A DNA stretch of 64,000 nucleotides from Octopus sinensis. Taxonomy: Eukaryota. Positions 39,276-51,720 of the stretch are shown piece by piece. Position numbers and translations under genes: made by a program. The notes under the pieces are model-generated. The model was not told where the DNA came from. It saw only the letters and a list, made by a program, of their open reading frames with translations, and did no database searches. The stretch lies in contig NC_042998.1 of assembly GCF_006345805.1 (NCBI RefSeq), forward strand, positions 10,664,001 through 10,728,000, read 5' to 3'. Numbering within the stretch: the first letter of the stretch is position 1; each line of letters begins with the position of its first letter.

Positions 39276-39581
39276 CTAGCAGTATCGCCCGGCGTTGCTC
39301 GGGATTGTAAGGGAAATAACTATATAAGCATTTTTAGAGAGTTACTTCCCTTATATAACCCGAGCAAAAATCATTAAAAATGCGGAAAAATGATGGTAAA
39401 TTTTTTTAAAATCGTAAACTCATCGTAGACGCGCGTTAATACCCAGAAGGGCTCGATATGAATGACGACTATAAGATACCCGCTTTTGGTTAAACTGCAC
39501 CGCAAAATGTGGGAGTAGTTAGGAATCTAAATCGGAGGAGACAGAGTCTCACACACACAACTTCAATTTTATATATAAAGA
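39276..39581 (-). mobile_element. Complete non-autonomous Helitron (306 bp)
   Basis: On the minus strand it starts TC and ends CTAG, lies between A and T, and has the subterminal hairpin CCCGAGCAACGCCGGG about 11 nt from the 3' end. Confidence 0.85.
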
Positions 39582-40228
39582 TTTCTACAATTTCATTAAT
39601 TCATTGCCCTTCTTTCCCTAACAGTCAATGATACTTATTGGTAGCAAATACATATTTCATAACTTACTCGAAGAAAAATAATTCATAATAACACAAGATA
39701 TTTAGCGGCAACAATCTGAATACATAACCAGTAATGGAACAAAGAATAGCAACTGCCACACATGTTCTTACACTTGATTAATTTTCCTCAGATCATTTCC
39801 ACACTTCATCTCCATTCAAAACATTACATTGAAACATTATAAATTGTTCACCAACGGTCATTAACTGTTGAAGACGGTGTATTAATACTTCTTTAAAATA
39901 TCAATATCGATGAAAATTAAACCCATTACCATAAAGAATTATGAATAAATTATGCATTAATTGCAGAAGGACTATAAGATATAAATATAACAAACTCTGC
40001 CAATAGCAAAAATAAATTAAAATTTATCTTTGTTGAACAATCTATAAATCTTCGTAATGAACAGCACATTCTTTTAAACAATCCAGAAGACAAAATCACA
40101 AACATTTGTGATTTAAAAATATTAAAAAATATCATTGCATAGACAACTAAAAATCATCTTAGCAGCAGGACATACAACATCAAAGCCAAAAAAGCTCTTC
40201 ATATATGGACTACAGTACGGTAAATATC

Positions 40229-40440
40229 TATTTCTTTATTGTCCACAAGGGGCTAAACGCAGAGGGGACAGGCAAGGACAGACATAGGTATTAAGTCGAT
40301 TACATCGACCCCAGTGCGTAACTGGTACTTAATTTATCGACCCCGAAAGGATGAAAGGCAAAGTCGACCTCAGCGGAATTTGAACTCAGAACGTAGCGGC
40401 AGACGAAATACCGCTAAGCATTTCAGCCAGCTCGCCACCT
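40229..40440 (-). mobile_element. SINE group C (tail C1) with a small head deletion
   Basis: 15-bp TSD AGTACGGTAAATATC at 40214-40228 and 40444-40458. Confidence 0.9.
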
Positions 40441-40687
40441 TATAGTACGGTAAATATCGTTCTTTCTTTACTGACTCAACGTTATTTTCCTTTTTTCCTA
40501 TCTAGAAGTAGCTTACAGGCTTCTGAGCCTAAAGAGTGAAACAAATATCTTCAGATACTCTACTCACCACATTTTATTGAATACTATTCCCCATGCATTC
40601 TATATGTATACTTATGTATATATATTATACAAATATATGATACTAAGATAGCATGTTTGGACTAGTACACACACACACACACACACA

Positions 40688-40840
40688 CCAGAGTAAGCAC
40701 ATAAATGCGAAACAAGGTGGAAAAAATAGTACTCGAATACAGGAGGTAGAGTAATATTCTTCCTCAAAAAAGCAGAAAAAATATCACAAAACCTATTAGT
40801 CAGAGTTTCACGTTTCCGTTCGTCGGACAGTTTTGATTAG
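40688..40840 (-). mobile_element. Family H2 short element with a hammerhead-like fold at 40793-40830
   Basis: Minus strand CTGT-CCGACGA-ACG-GAAA-CGT-GAA-ACTC-T-GACT-A-ATAG. Confidence 0.65.
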
Positions 40841-41191
40841 AATGGAACAAAATAAGATTAAATGGTTATATATAATTATTTTGATAGATACATATTTGAA
40901 AATGGTTTTGTTTCATTCGTCCTTTCAACTAACTGTCTTTGCGATAACAGGTTGCATGAAATTACAATTGCGGTTTAAAATCATATTATTATTAAGATCC
41001 AAGAAAATCTTAAATCAAAAATAGCTTATGAAGAAGGAAAAAAGACTTGAATACTCAGGGTAAATAATTAGTGGTAAAATATAATAATGAATTTAAATAA
41101 ATTAAAAGATATATCCGTTCCAAAAACTTTCACAAAAAACTAACATCCTAAAATACATATACATTTAGCAATATATACACATACCAAACAA

Positions 41192-41270
<79 letters not shown>

Positions 41271-41276
<6 letters not shown>

Positions 41277-41345
41277 AAAGGGCTTAGTAAAATAAATGAG
41301 TCAGTATGCGGCAAAGTAATTTATTTTACTAAGCCCTTTTATATA
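41271..41345. repeat. Perfect 27-bp inverted repeat with a 21-nt spacer
   Basis: TATATAAAAGGGCTTAGTAAAATAAAT / ATTTATTTTACTAAGCCCTTTTATATA. Confidence 0.95.
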
Positions 41346-41489
41346 ATGTAATAATTTGAATTCGCCTTAAATGGTCCCTTTGCATACTGAATACTTGGTG
41401 AAATTGATTAATTAATTAATTTTACCCTCAATTGTTGAAATTATATATATATATATAATATATATATATATTATATATAAATGCATGGG

Positions 41490-41528
<39 letters not shown>

Positions 41529-41731
41529 AGTAGGTGAATGAATTATTCTATGTTTATCGTCAGCATGGAAAATTCGTTCAACCGAAATCTGGGTAGCAAA
41601 TTCACGTCAGAAAACACGGTTGAAGCGACCTGTCAAGGGTAGAAACTCCGGGTTCATTTGTAGAAATTTGTGTGTTGTATATGAATAAATGAAAGATGGA
41701 GTCGAACGAAGATGTTAACAAAATTCCTTTA

Positions 41732-41813
41732 CTCTCGACACGTGTTTCGAAGACAGCATGTTCTCATACCAAAGGAATAAAGGGTGCATTATGCAATCTT
41801 CTCATCAAGAAAG
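41732..41813 (-). ncRNA. Hammerhead-like fold with extended stem II
   Basis: CTTTC-TTGATGA-GAAGA...TCTTC-GAA-ACACGTGT-C-GAGAG. Confidence 0.5.
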
Positions 41814-41934
41814 AAAGGTAGCCTCTCTCGACAACAAGACAAACAAAAATTTCGATGATTGCCTACATGGTAAACAAAGCGATAATGAGTGTTTCTTTAA
41901 AAAGACCGTTAGAAGAATTGATGCTAAAAATAGA

Positions 41935-42277
41935 TAGTAGGAAGAGAAGGGATAAATTAATAATAGGTAGGGAACAGTATGTTTGCTGCATGTATGGAAA
42001 TGTGTGGATGTGTGCTTGTGTTAATGAGTGCGTGCGTTTGTGTGTGTGTATGTGTGTGTGTATAACTGCATTTCCCTTCCTACTATCTATCTTTGACATT
42101 TGTCTCTCTCTCACACACACAATCACACACACAGACACAAATGCAGTTATACACACACATATACACAGGCACAAACGCACGCACTCATTAACACAAGCAC
42201 ACATCCACACATTTCCATACATACAGCAAACATACTGTTCCCTACCTATTATTAATTTATTCCTTCTCTTCCTACTA
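41935..42277. repeat. Inverted duplication, 139-bp arms (41935-42073, 42139-42277)
   Basis: About 5 mismatches by eye; the + and - ORFs 41855-42286 and 41863-42222 share translation. Confidence 0.95.
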
Positions 42278-42284
42278 AAGATTT

Positions 42285-42741
42285 GACAAAAGAGAGGAAG
42301 GAATCTAGATGTTCGTGGGAGAGTGAGGTCGCACCGATACTGTCGTCAATATAACGGACGTATAGTTTGGGAGTGGGACCAGTGAAACTTGAGAATATTT
42401 GGGCCTCGACGTAGCCAACGAACATGTTTGCATAGTTGGGGCCCATTCTTGTTCCCATGGCCACTTCCGAGCAATGCTGTTAGAAATCACCCGCGAACGA
42501 GAAGCAGTTAAGTGAGAGGACAAGTTCGGCCAGACGAATGAGTATGGATGTGTCAGGTTCGGAGTTGGATCGAAGGTCAAGGAAATGTTGGAGTGCACGC
42601 AGCCCCTCGTGGTGAGGGATCACCGTGTAAAGGCTTTGGATGTCGAGGGTGAAGAGAAGTTTAGAGGGGCCAGAGGGGAAGGAGAAACAGTTGAACAAAC
42701 GAAGTGCGTGGTTGGTGTCATGGATGTGAGAGGGGAGGGAA

Positions 42742-42745
<4 letters not shown>
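42285..42745 (-). mobile_element. Penelope-like element RT core fragment
   Basis: [40 protein letters not shown]. Confidence 0.9.
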
Positions 42746-42791
<46 letters not shown>

Positions 42792-42821
42792 CGCAAAGAC
42801 ACACACAGAGATACACACACA

Positions 42822-42878
<57 letters not shown>

Positions 42879-43448
42879 GTAAATGTAAATTGTATGAATA
42901 AGTTTGAAAACACGATCAATGTTTGAAAAATATTTTTATTATTCATCCAATCGAGATCGTATACAGGTCAACGAAGAACGGAATAATAAAAGAAGTGGGA
43001 TGAAATAAACTTTCAAAAAATAACTAAAGGGAATCTCTTGGATTTTATATGGAGTAAATCGCGTAGGCGTTCATGAATGCATCCAAGAGTCGCTGAGTTT
43101 ATTGAGACCGTTTCATATCGATACATTTATATTTATATTTCGGCTCTGGCAGACTAGTTTAGGACTGAAATATCAGTTGATCTTTGTTATTTAATGAATT
43201 TTCTTAATGTTGGCGGCGGTTCATGTCTGGTTTCTTTGTAGGTGGCTTCGACTCCCACTATTTCATGATCATGTCAGAGTGGGAGTGGGGAAATTAATTT
43301 TCATTTTTATATTTGTTAAGCACTCCGACTGCAGAGACTTATGAATAATAACAGAGAGAAAGCCATGTTAAATAACAATTTGCAAAGATTTGAAATCATG
43401 AGCACTGTCCATCAATTTATCCATTTTCTTCAAGCCCCGCCGTGTTTA

Positions 43449-43482
<34 letters not shown>

Positions 43483-43483
43483 C

Positions 43484-43535
<52 letters not shown>

Positions 43536-44322
43536 ATCTATCTATCTATCCCTGTGCGAATGAATGTGTATTTTCACACACACACACACACATCATACGA
43601 GCATATACGCACATATTCAATATATACGAGCACGCACAATGTTATCAATATTTGTGTGGGTTGTTCAACAGAGATTTAATCACGAATCGACCAAAATATA
43701 TTTCAAAACATAAAAAGAATGTTTCGTTGTTATCTATAAAGTTTTTTTTTGTTCTTTTATATCTCTTTCGCCTATTTTGCTATGCAAAATATTAACACAT
43801 CTTTAGCAACGATATAACATGATCTTAGCTACTTTATTTCATATTTGATTGCTTTAAAAAATAAAATTTCCCTCTATTTTCTAAAGAAACATTTTAGCAC
43901 AGAAATTTAATGTGAATTTTTATAATTCATTTTCGTTAAACAAACTCTTGCTATTGCATCAGAAAACAAGCACTTATACGTACGTACATACATAATACAT
44001 ACACACATATGTACATACATACATACATACATACATACGTACACACATATGCATGCATATGTTTGTACAGAGAGTTAGACAGATGGGCACACACAAACAC
44101 ACACACACACACTCTCTCTCTCTCTCTCCCAACCACATGCACATGTATGATACACCGGAGGAGAGGCAAAAAGCGGAGGGTAGGGAGTGAGACACGGAGA
44201 AGAGACATGGAAAGGGTGGAGATGAAGGTCAGATGTTGACAACTGGGTATGCGCATACTAAGAAGTGTATATGTAAATCCTGTTTATACACACGCAGGTG
44301 CGCTCTCACATAAGCCAAGTGA

Positions 44323-44407
<85 letters not shown>

Positions 44408-44437
44408 TATATAATATATATATATATATATTATATG

Positions 44438-44477
<40 letters not shown>

Positions 44478-44815
44478 ATATATATATGTATATATATATA
44501 TATATATCTATACAAACAAACATATTATATTTATATATTTACTTACACACGCACAGGCACACATGCCTTGATAGACAGGAACAGAGAGAGAAAGAGGAGA
44601 GAGAGCAAGAGACTGGCAATAGGAGAGGAAGAGATATTCTATGTATCTAGGTTACATGTACTTCTATATCTATTATTTGAAGTAAATCTAAAATTAAAGA
44701 ATAATATTTATATTTCTTAGACATTTTAGACATTTTGTGCGATAAATGTTACAAGAGTCTTTGCAAGAATTTTAACTGAATGTCACAGATTATGAGTTAG
44801 GTCATGTGTGTGTGT

Positions 44816-44857
<42 letters not shown>

Positions 44858-45346
44858 GAGCGCTCTTTTCGTTCCAGCAGTCGCCGAAGCAACACGTATT
44901 TGTTCGTCTCCCTGCGGCCATTAGGCACAACTTCATAAGCCAGCCCCAAACTCAACTCGTCCTGTCGAAAGACCCTTGTCCTACGTCCTGGTTTTGTTCT
45001 GTTTTTTATTTTTACCGTTATTGTTTTTACGTTTTTGTATTCTTATTGGTGTCACGTATTCTGTATTTTTGTTCGTGTACTTCGTTCGTTTTCCGTCCTC
45101 GTGTTGTATACATTCGAAGCTTTCTTCCATGGGATCTAATGCGCTTGGCTTAGATTTCCCATGGCGGGCTGCCCATATCGGAGCAATCTCAAGATTAATC
45201 AGCGGAAATTGCTAAGATGATCTGGTTCTTGACTGATGACTGAGGGCTTCGAATGTCCCGTCCTGTGGTTCTTGTGTCGTCTCTGTGGTGTTTCATGTTC
45301 TTGTCCATGTCTGTAATTATTTTTACTGTTTACCTATATATATATG

Positions 45347-45383
<37 letters not shown>

Positions 45384-45414
45384 GTATATATAGATGTATA
45401 TATATATATATTTT

Positions 45415-45461
<47 letters not shown>

Positions 45462-45526
45462 GTAGGTAGGTATATATGTATTTTGGGCTGTGTATACATC
45501 CATATATATCTTTTATCGTTTATCTT

Positions 45527-45897
45527 TTTCTTGTTGTTTCAGTCATTAGAATGTTGCCTTGCTGGGGCAACGCTTTGAAGAGCTTTAGTCGAACAAATAG
45601 TCCCTAGGGTTTATTTTATTAAGCCTAGCACTGATTCTTTAAGGTTCTTTTACTGAACCGCTAAGTTATGGGGACGTAAACACATCAACACCAGTTGTTA
45701 AGCGGAGGTAGTAGACAAACACAGACACAAAGACACACGCACACTCACATAGGTACATATATACATACATACATACATACATACATACATACATACATAC
45801 ATACATACATACATACATACATACATACATACATACATGCATACATACATACATACATACATACAGACATGCATACATACATACATACATACATACA

Positions 45898-45931
<34 letters not shown>

Positions 45932-46096
45932 CATACATACATACAAAAATGCCATGTTGGTGTTGACATTTCAATGAAGGAGGCTTGAACTAGGTTAGAA
46001 GCCGACTCTTTTTCTATTGGCAAGAAATCTTGAAATAAAACTGAATAATGACATAAATAAATGCACACTCACGCACACACACACACACACACGCAC

Positions 46097-46133
<37 letters not shown>

Positions 46134-46146
46134 AATATATATATAT

Positions 46147-46179
<33 letters not shown>

Positions 46180-46320
46180 TACTCATACATATACGTCGGG
46201 CTTCTTTCAGTTTTTGTCTACTGATTCCACTTACATGGCTCTGACTGGCCTGGGGCTATAATAGAAGGCACTTGCCCAAGGTGTCACGCAGTGGAACTGA
46301 ACCACATGGTTGGGAGGCAA
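45527..46320 (-). mobile_element. Older SINE group A copy split at its internal microsatellite (5' half 46190-46320, 3' half 45527-45735)
   Basis: Both halves match group A in the same orientation; (CATA)n and ~120 bp of unrelated sequence lie between them. Confidence 0.7.
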
Positions 46321-46354
46321 GCTATGCACACATGTATTCGCATATATCTTGGTT

Positions 46355-46530
46355 CTAATAGTCATTAGACTGTGCCATCCTGGGGCCCCACTTGGAAGGT
46401 TTAGTCGAGCAAATCGACCCTGGTATTTTTTTTAAAGCCTGTTATTCATTCTACCGATCTATTATTACCGATCCGCTAAGTTACTGGGGTCGTAAAAGAA
46501 GTAAGACCAGTTATCAAGCGGTGGTGGGGA
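46355..46530 (-). mobile_element. SINE group A 3' half, diverged
   Basis: TTTAGTCGAGCAAATCGACC...CCGCTAAGTTAC. Confidence 0.7.
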
Positions 46531-46592
46531 ACACGCACAAACACAAAGAACACACAGGCACATACGCACAAACACACAAACACGCACACACA

Positions 46593-46642
<50 letters not shown>

Positions 46643-46646
<4 letters not shown>

Positions 46647-47006
46647 TACTAACCATCTCAATATTGCTAACCACTAAGGGTGGGTGTTACTGTAGCTTTT
46701 AGCCCCAGGAGTTCATCGTCTCCAGCTGACTTTAGGCACACTTTCTGTGTATTGTTATGGTATTTGCAAACATGTCCCCTCATCGAAAACCGGTGATTGC
46801 CGTACGTTGACAAGAGGCAAATACCTCGAAACTGCAGTCCGTGCGTATCACTTAGGCTTACGAGAGAGGGATGAGCTCCCTTTGCAAATAGAATAAGGGC
46901 ACAGAAAGTGTGCCTAAAGCCAGCTGGAGACGATGATCTCCTGGGGCTAAAAGCTACAGTAACACCCACCCTTAGTGGTTAGCCATATTGAGATGGTTAG
47001 TATACT
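46643..47006. mobile_element. 364-bp palindromic element: 107-bp near-perfect arms around a hammerhead-containing core
   Basis: Arms 46643-46749 and 46900-47006 differ at 3 positions. Confidence 0.85.
46802..46844 (+). ncRNA. Minimal type-I hammerhead ribozyme fold with U3-A8 covariant core
   Basis: GTACG-TTGACAA-GAGG-CAAATA-CCTC-GAA-ACTGCAGT-C-CGTGC; predicted cleavage after GUC at 46839. Confidence 0.7.
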
Positions 47007-47058
47007 TTACGTTGTCGAGCGGTTACTGTTTACATCTCGTTCAGAGATTTATTATTGC

Positions 47059-47116
<58 letters not shown>

Positions 47117-47289
47117 ATATGAGGGGTTTCGTTCATCTGTGATCTAAACAAATAGGTAAGCTGGGTAAGCGTTATAGTTGGCCGACCATTAGGTTCCAAG
47201 ATCACAGCTAAGGTTGGATCTAGGGATCCGCGTTAGGGTTCCATTATAGCATGCATATATTATATTAGAGGAAAAATCAAAACCAAGGT

Positions 47290-47822
47290 GGAACGAATAT
47301 CTCAAGTCATTTAGAATAATTTTATTAGGGTAAGGTGAATTTTAAACCTTACAGCTGTTTCTGGGATAACCCATGTGGTTTGTTAGCATGTCGGTGTCAT
47401 CAGAGACAAGGTATGAATATTTTAGACTGGGAAAATTTACACAGTTTAAATGGAATCAAATAGAAGAATAAAGATTAAAAGTAAAAGTAGTTTATTCTTT
47501 TATTTTACTACTTTATTCTTCTATTTTATTCCTTACTAGCAGTATCGCCCGGCGTTGCTCGGGTTTGTAAGGGAAATAACTATATAAGCATTTTTAGAGA
47601 GTTATAGACAAAAAATAGCAAAAAAATGCATTAAAAATGGAAAAAAAATGATGGTAAATTTTTTTTTAATCGTTGACTCATCGTAGACATTTTTAGAGAG
47701 TTACTTCCCTTATATAATAGCGAAAAAATGCATTAAAATGGTTTATCCCAGAAACAGCTGTAAGACTTAAAATTCACCTTCCCTAATTAGATTCTTCTAA
47801 ATGATTTGAGATACTCGTTCTG
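47290..47822. repeat. Inverted ~83-bp arms (47290-47372, 47742-47822) enclosing a decayed hammerhead-like fold and a Helitron fragment
   Basis: TACAGCTGTTTCTGGGATAA is present in both orientations. Confidence 0.8.
47536..47741 (-). mobile_element. Non-autonomous Helitron, 3' half only
   Basis: Same CTAG end and hairpin as 39276-39581; internal ~100-bp subrepeat. Confidence 0.85.
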
Positions 47823-47843
47823 TTTGCTTTCCTTTTTTCCTCT

Positions 47844-47885
<42 letters not shown>

Positions 47886-47891
47886 ATATAT

Positions 47892-48300
47892 ATTCTTTTC
47901 TTTTACTTGTTTCAGGCATTTGACTGCGGCTATGCTGGAGCACCGCCTTTAGTCGAAGAAATCGACCCCAGGACTTATTCTTTGTACGCCTAGTACTTAT
48001 TTTATCGGTCTGTTTTGCTGAATCGCTAGTGACGGAGACGTAAACACACCAGTATCGGTTGTCAAGCGATGGCTGGGGGACAAACACAAACATACAAATA
48101 AACACACACACACACAAACACACACAAACACACACACACACACACACACACATACATACACACACACACAAATGTATATATATACGACGGGCTTCTTTCA
48201 GTTTCTGTCGGCGAAATCCACTTACAAGGCTTTGGTTGGCCTGAGGCTATAGTAGAAGACACCCGCCCAAGGTGCCATGCAGTGGGACTGAACCCGGAAC
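47892..48300 (-). mobile_element. SINE group A copy
   Basis: Reverse complement of group A; the head is truncated by a (CATA)n tract. Confidence 0.85.
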
Positions 48301-48409
48301 ATGCATACATGCAGGCATGCATATATACATACATACTTACATACATACATATATACATACATACATACATACATACATACATACATACATACATACATAC
48401 ATACACGCA

Positions 48410-48453
<44 letters not shown>

Positions 48454-48709
48454 TATATATATATTTCGTATTTGGATTTGGTTGCAAGATTCTTTATGTG
48501 AGTTCGTGTGTCGAAGCATGTTTTGTTGTGTGTGAGGAGAGTCATTCTCTTTAAGTGCCTCATCACTTAACATACTAACCGGTAAGGCTTCCACTTACAT
48601 ACGCGCACACACACATACATGCATACACACACTTATATGCATACATGCATACATACATATATATACACACATACACCCCCCCACACGCATATATATATAT
48701 AAACATATA

Positions 48710-49954
48710 TAGTTTGACAGTCGTTAACTCTAATGTTTTATCCTGACAATTCATTGTTTTACAACATTGAAGAGTTACATCATCGATTTTCCTAATGCAA
48801 TTCATTGTGTCTGATTATATTATGAGTTTTCTCTTGTAAATCAGTTTTTGTGAACCCATGGACAGAACAAAAATTTATGCCGTTTATGAATATGAGTTCC
48901 ATCGAGGAATCAATGCATCCCAGACAGCTCGAAACATCAATGAGGTGTTTGGTGAAGATGTGGCTAAAATGAGAGCGTTGTACGTCGATGGTTTGAAAAG
49001 TTCAGGTCTGGTGACTTTACTCTTAAAAATTAGCCCCTTGGTAGACCTGAGACCAAGGTGGATAATGATGAGCTGGAAGCTGTAGTGGAAGCGGATATAT
49101 CTCAGACTAGTGTGAGTTAGCAGCAAGGTTTGATGTTTCGATTCCAACTGTATTGAACCATCTGAAACAAATCAGCAAAGTAAAGAAGTTGGGCAAGTGG
49201 GTACCACACGAACTGAACGAGCATCAAATGACACGTCGTCTTGAAACTTGCTGTTCTTTGCTGTCACGGCATAAAAGCGAACCATTTTTGCATCGTATTG
49301 TTACGTGTGATGAAAAATGGATTCTTTTCAATAGTAAGCATTCTGCACGATGCTTGGATAGAGAAGAAATGCCAAAATAATTCAATCCAAAAAAGAATAT
49401 TCAGCCAAAAAGCTAATGGTGTCTGTTTGGTGGTCCAGCGCTGGTGTCATTCACTACAGCCTCATGAGACATGGTAAGTTAATTATAGCGTATGTATACA
49501 TCAACCAGCTGGATGAAATGGTGAATGAACTTGCAATTAAACAACCGAGATTGGTCAATAGAGACGAGCCAATTCTCTTGCAAGACAATGCTCGACCACA
49601 TGTTGCACAAAGAAAGCTACTCAAGTTACAGGAAGTGAACTTGGAAGTACTCTGTCATCCGCCATATTCACCAGACCTTGCATCAACTGACTATCACGTT
49701 TTTCAGGCATTCAACAAGTTTTTTACAAGGAAAAAAACTTCAAATCTAAAACAGATGCAAAAACAGCCTTTCATGATATCATCACCTCTTGGCCTCCAGA
49801 ATTCTTGGCTGCCGGCATAAACAAGGTGCCGATAAAATGGGAAAATTGTGTTGATAATTTAGGCGCATACTTTCATTAACGTCATTACTTTTTATTAAGA
49901 TAAAGTACTATGAGCTTTCCGTTCAAAATCGGACATTTTATTCTTAATGACCTC

Positions 49955-49955
<1 letters not shown>
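48710..49955 (+). mobile_element. Mariner transposon (DD34D type), near full-length pseudogene
   Basis: WVPHEL, VTCDEKW, QDNARPH, HPPYSPDLASTDY; the right TIR ...TTCTTAATGACCTCA is followed by TA; no left TIR found. Confidence 0.93.
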
Positions 49956-49989
<34 letters not shown>

Positions 49990-50023
49990 ATATATATATA
50001 TATATAATATATATATTATATAT

Positions 50024-50068
<45 letters not shown>

Positions 50069-50567
50069 ACATGAAACATCCCCAGTACTAATAAATATAT
50101 GTAGTAGATAATCATACCTCATACGCACAGTTTATATTTATATACAGGTAGAATAGTTAGTGGGCTGTTAGGTAGATTTATGTATGTGTGTGAGTGTGTA
50201 TACCTATATGTATATGCATATATATGTAGGCAAATGGATATGAATATAAACAGATAGAAATACAGACGGATAGGTACATAGGTAATATGAACAGACAAGC
50301 ACACATACAGACACATACGCAACTGAAGACTGAAACACTTCAGAATTTTTGGAAAAAATATCCTTTTATTTCTTCATTATTAATTAGCGCTTTCGTTCGT
50401 TTTTCGAAATTGTCAAATATAATTTTGTGAATGTATAAACAGATGTTCATTTATATAAACAGAAGTTGTTTTGGGTTTTGTTTAAAAGAAGAGAACATTC
50501 TTTTTGTCTTGTTTTTGTTTTGGGTCAGGTTCCATTGAAAATAGAGATGGATAGATAGAAATATAGG

Positions 50568-50636
50568 TAGGTAGACAGGCTGATAGATAGATGGATAGAT
50601 AGATAGATAGACAGATAGATAAATAGTCAGACAGAC

Positions 50637-50694
<58 letters not shown>

Positions 50695-50697
50695 GTA
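50568..50697. repeat. (GATA)n microsatellite
   Basis: Directly visible. Confidence 0.95.
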
Positions 50698-50879
50698 GAG
50701 GGAGGGAGAAAGAGAAGGGGGATCCCCCTTCCAATTCCCCATTTATTATTTATTTATTTAATTATTTATTTTCAAAACAGAATGTTTTCTAAAAATTCTA
50801 CTGAAAAGCTAATAAAAACCTTAACATTTCTACAGGCAAAACCACATCACTGGTTATACCTAATTTTCCATGAATTTTC

Positions 50880-51720
50880 AATTGAATGATCCTCTTGAGT
50901 ACTGAACCCCAGAAAGATCACGAGTGAAGTTCTAGTGTTAGTCCGCCAACATATGCAAGTCTCACCAGCCTCGATATCTTCGTTTCATTGATTTCACGTC
51001 TTGATGGAAAGGTTTTGCCTGATCGTCACTTGTGATACCAGGATTTTCAGAGAATTTCTCAAGGTGTCTGTGCAGCTTAGTGATCATATTTGCTTCCACT
51101 TTTGAAAGTTCTTCGGTATGTTTTCCATTATTCTGGCGCAGTTGGCTTCTTTCTTGTTGTCTAGGAAGTCATTTTACAACCATTAAAAATGAATTCTATC
51201 CTGCTGCTTCAATACAATTCATTGAATATACTAAGTTCCCATCTTTCATCAATTTTCTGATTTGAGGCCCATAAAATATTCCAGCTTTTATCTTTTCACT
51301 GCTCAGACCGGATAATGTGCTGCAGATATTGTGAAAGCATGGTTCATCTTTATAAAGAGCTTTAAGAAACTGCTTTGAAATGCCATATTTGAGTGGAGGT
51401 AGGATGATTTTCTGCCGGTTGAACAAAAGGCTCTTCAACAACATTAAAAATCCCTGGAACTAGTGTTTGCTGAGGCCATTCTTTGATTACCCAGTGTTTT
51501 TCCATGTCTCTGCTCTCTCACATTAATAAAAAGCATGACTATTTGGTGTATCCTTTTTTTGTTGCTCCAGGAAAAAAATTGACGATCTTAAAGTCCACGC
51601 ATATCATCTACTAATGATTGGATGTCTTGGAATCAAGACGTGATGAAAAAAACGGATTCCAGATTTGGATTCAGCGCATGAAAAAATCTTCAAAGCAGGT
51701 AAAAACGTCCCGGCATCAAA
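50880..51720 (-). mobile_element. Internally deleted DNA transposon, Chapaev3/CMC-like transposase C-terminal remnant
   Basis: DFKIVNFFL.QQ.GYTK, IILPPL, KQFLKAL, KAGIFYGPQIRKL, FHQDVK...RY..W. The superfamily assignment is recalled from motif similarity. Confidence 0.7.

Noticed and set aside
48858-49820. SETMAR/Metnase-like host gene
   Set aside because: No SET domain, several frameshifts and a TIR are present; it is a decayed mariner.
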